A stretch of 64,000 bases of DNA from contig NC_045696.1 of NCBI RefSeq assembly GCF_009834535.1, positions 50,718,001-50,782,000 on the forward strand, written 5' to 3'. This stretch comes from Camelus ferus (taxonomy: Eukaryota). The notes beneath the pieces are model-generated. The model did no database searches and had not been told where the DNA came from. It saw only the letters and a list, made by a program, of their open reading frames with translations. Shown one piece after another: positions 62,600 to 64,000 of this stretch (the stretch's first letter is position 1; every line of letters begins with the position of its first letter). The position numbers were made by a program, and so were the translations under genes.

Positions 62600-64000
62600 G
62601 ATTTCAGGGAGATGAAGTCGCTCTACCTTTCCCTATTTCTCCCACTAAATACAGCTAAAAACCCTGGATACTATATGTAAAGTAAACACAGGAAGATTCT
62701 GAAAACCAGAAAGAAGACAGTAGACCTACTATGCACCTTGGCCCCTGAAGAACAGCACTGTGGTGAGTTCCTTGGGTCTCCTTTTGTATCTCAGAGGTGG
62801 AGAAGGCTAAGTCAGCAACCTGAAACACTGACAGGTGCAGATACAGAAAAGCCAACAAGAACCTGCTCTCTCTAGGCAAACAACCAGGAAAGAGCAGCCA
62901 AGAAGGCAGAAAACTTGAAAAAACACCACAGGAAAAAAACAAACTGTAGTCTTACTTGCATCCCCATCAGCAAAGGCCAAGTGGGAGACTAGACATCCAC
63001 CTTTGCCAAGCTGGAGTGAGGCACCCCACCACTGCCACTAGAATGGTGTCAGAAAAGGCCAAGTAAGCACCAACGACATTTATTCCTGTTGACTGGTAAC
63101 CAGTCCCCTCCCCCCTCCCCCAACTCCCCACTCCAAGATCTCTGTGGAGACCACACAGGTAGCTCAGACTTCCACTCTCAGATGGCAGTGACAGGTTCTC
63201 TTCCCCCGCCCTGCAGAGGTGGTGTCAGAGGAGCCCTCGTAAAGAGTCAGGACGTTCACCATTGCCCCGAGGTGCCAAGGCCTTCTCCACCACATTGTCA
63301 GCAGAGACTATGTGGGGAGCTAGAACTCCCACCTGCACACAGCAGTAACAAGGAGAGCTCCCTTCCCTTGGGCGACAATTAGACTGAGTACCTCCACCTG
63401 GCAGTAGGAAGTAGGCACCCATTCCTCTCTCTGGCAGAACAGTGTTAGAGAAACCCAAGTATAAGCCAGAAGATCTAAATAAGAGACAGAGTCTCACACA
63501 TAACATGAAAGTTTCCAGGTTTCAACTGAAAGTCACTCACCATACCAAGGACCAGGAAGACCCTCCAACTGAATGAGCAAAGACAACCAGTAAATGTCCA
63601 GTAAGAAGACAAATGTTAGAATTACCTGACAAAGTATTTTAAATAGTCATGATAAAAATGATTCAACAGGCAATTATAAACACACTTGAAGCAAATGAAA
63701 AAATACAATGCCTCAAAGAAATAAAGTCTCAGCCTATTTATTTTTTATATAAAGAAGAGCTAAATGGAAAATTTACAACTGAAAAATACAGTAATTAGGA
63801 TAAAATCTAATGGATGGGCTCAATAGCAGATGGGAGAGGACAGAGAAATGAAGCAATGAACTTGAAGACAGGACAACAGGAATTAGCCAATTTGAACAAT
63901 AGAAAGAAAACAGAGCCCAAACCCCAGAGCCTCAGGGAACTATGGGACTATAATGTAATATCTAACATTCATGATAAAAATTCATGAAAAGTAGGAACAA
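62600..64000 (+). mobile_element. Old L1 5'UTR and degenerate ORF1
   Basis: ORF1-like text atggatgggctcaatagcaga...tgaacttgaagacag...cagagcctcagggaactatgggac, with stops. Confidence 0.7.

Noticed and set aside
62600..64000. Further CFAP44 exons or a functional L1 ORF1
   Set aside because: Degenerate L1 sequence with stops and no CFAP44-like peptide
1..64000. CRISPR array, operon or other prokaryote-type novel system
   Set aside because: The window is spliced mammalian DNA with no regularly spaced repeat-spacer array and no unexplained long ORF

Overview
Mammalian genomic DNA, probably camelid (inferred from the tRNA-Ala-derived vic-1-like SINEs and the young L1 3' ends). The + strand carries all 18 coding exons of BOC, the Ig/FNIII Hedgehog co-receptor (ATG 12270 to TAG 43839). 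The non-coding first exons and promoter were not identified and probably lie upstream of the window. The - strand carries the last 7 coding exons of CFAP44/WDR52 (61164 down to TGA at 48189), so the two genes are tail-to-tail. The rest is intronic or intergenic DNA with SINEs, MIR, L1, LTR and DNA-transposon relics. The main anomaly is a +1 frameshift (extra A at about 35670) in BOC coding exon 8, giving a premature stop at 35708-35710 in an otherwise intact gene; it is either an assembly error or a real loss-of-function allele. Other observations: a uORF overlapping the BOC start codon, three NAGNAG acceptors, possible BOC/CFAP44 3'UTR overlap, a 65-bp dispersed duplication bracketing a CFAP44 exon, a twin-primed L1, a solo LTR I could not assign to a family, and small fold-back palindromes. 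I found no convincing novel multi-gene system. Gene and repeat names come from my recognition of the sequences, not from database searches, and repeat boundaries are approximate.
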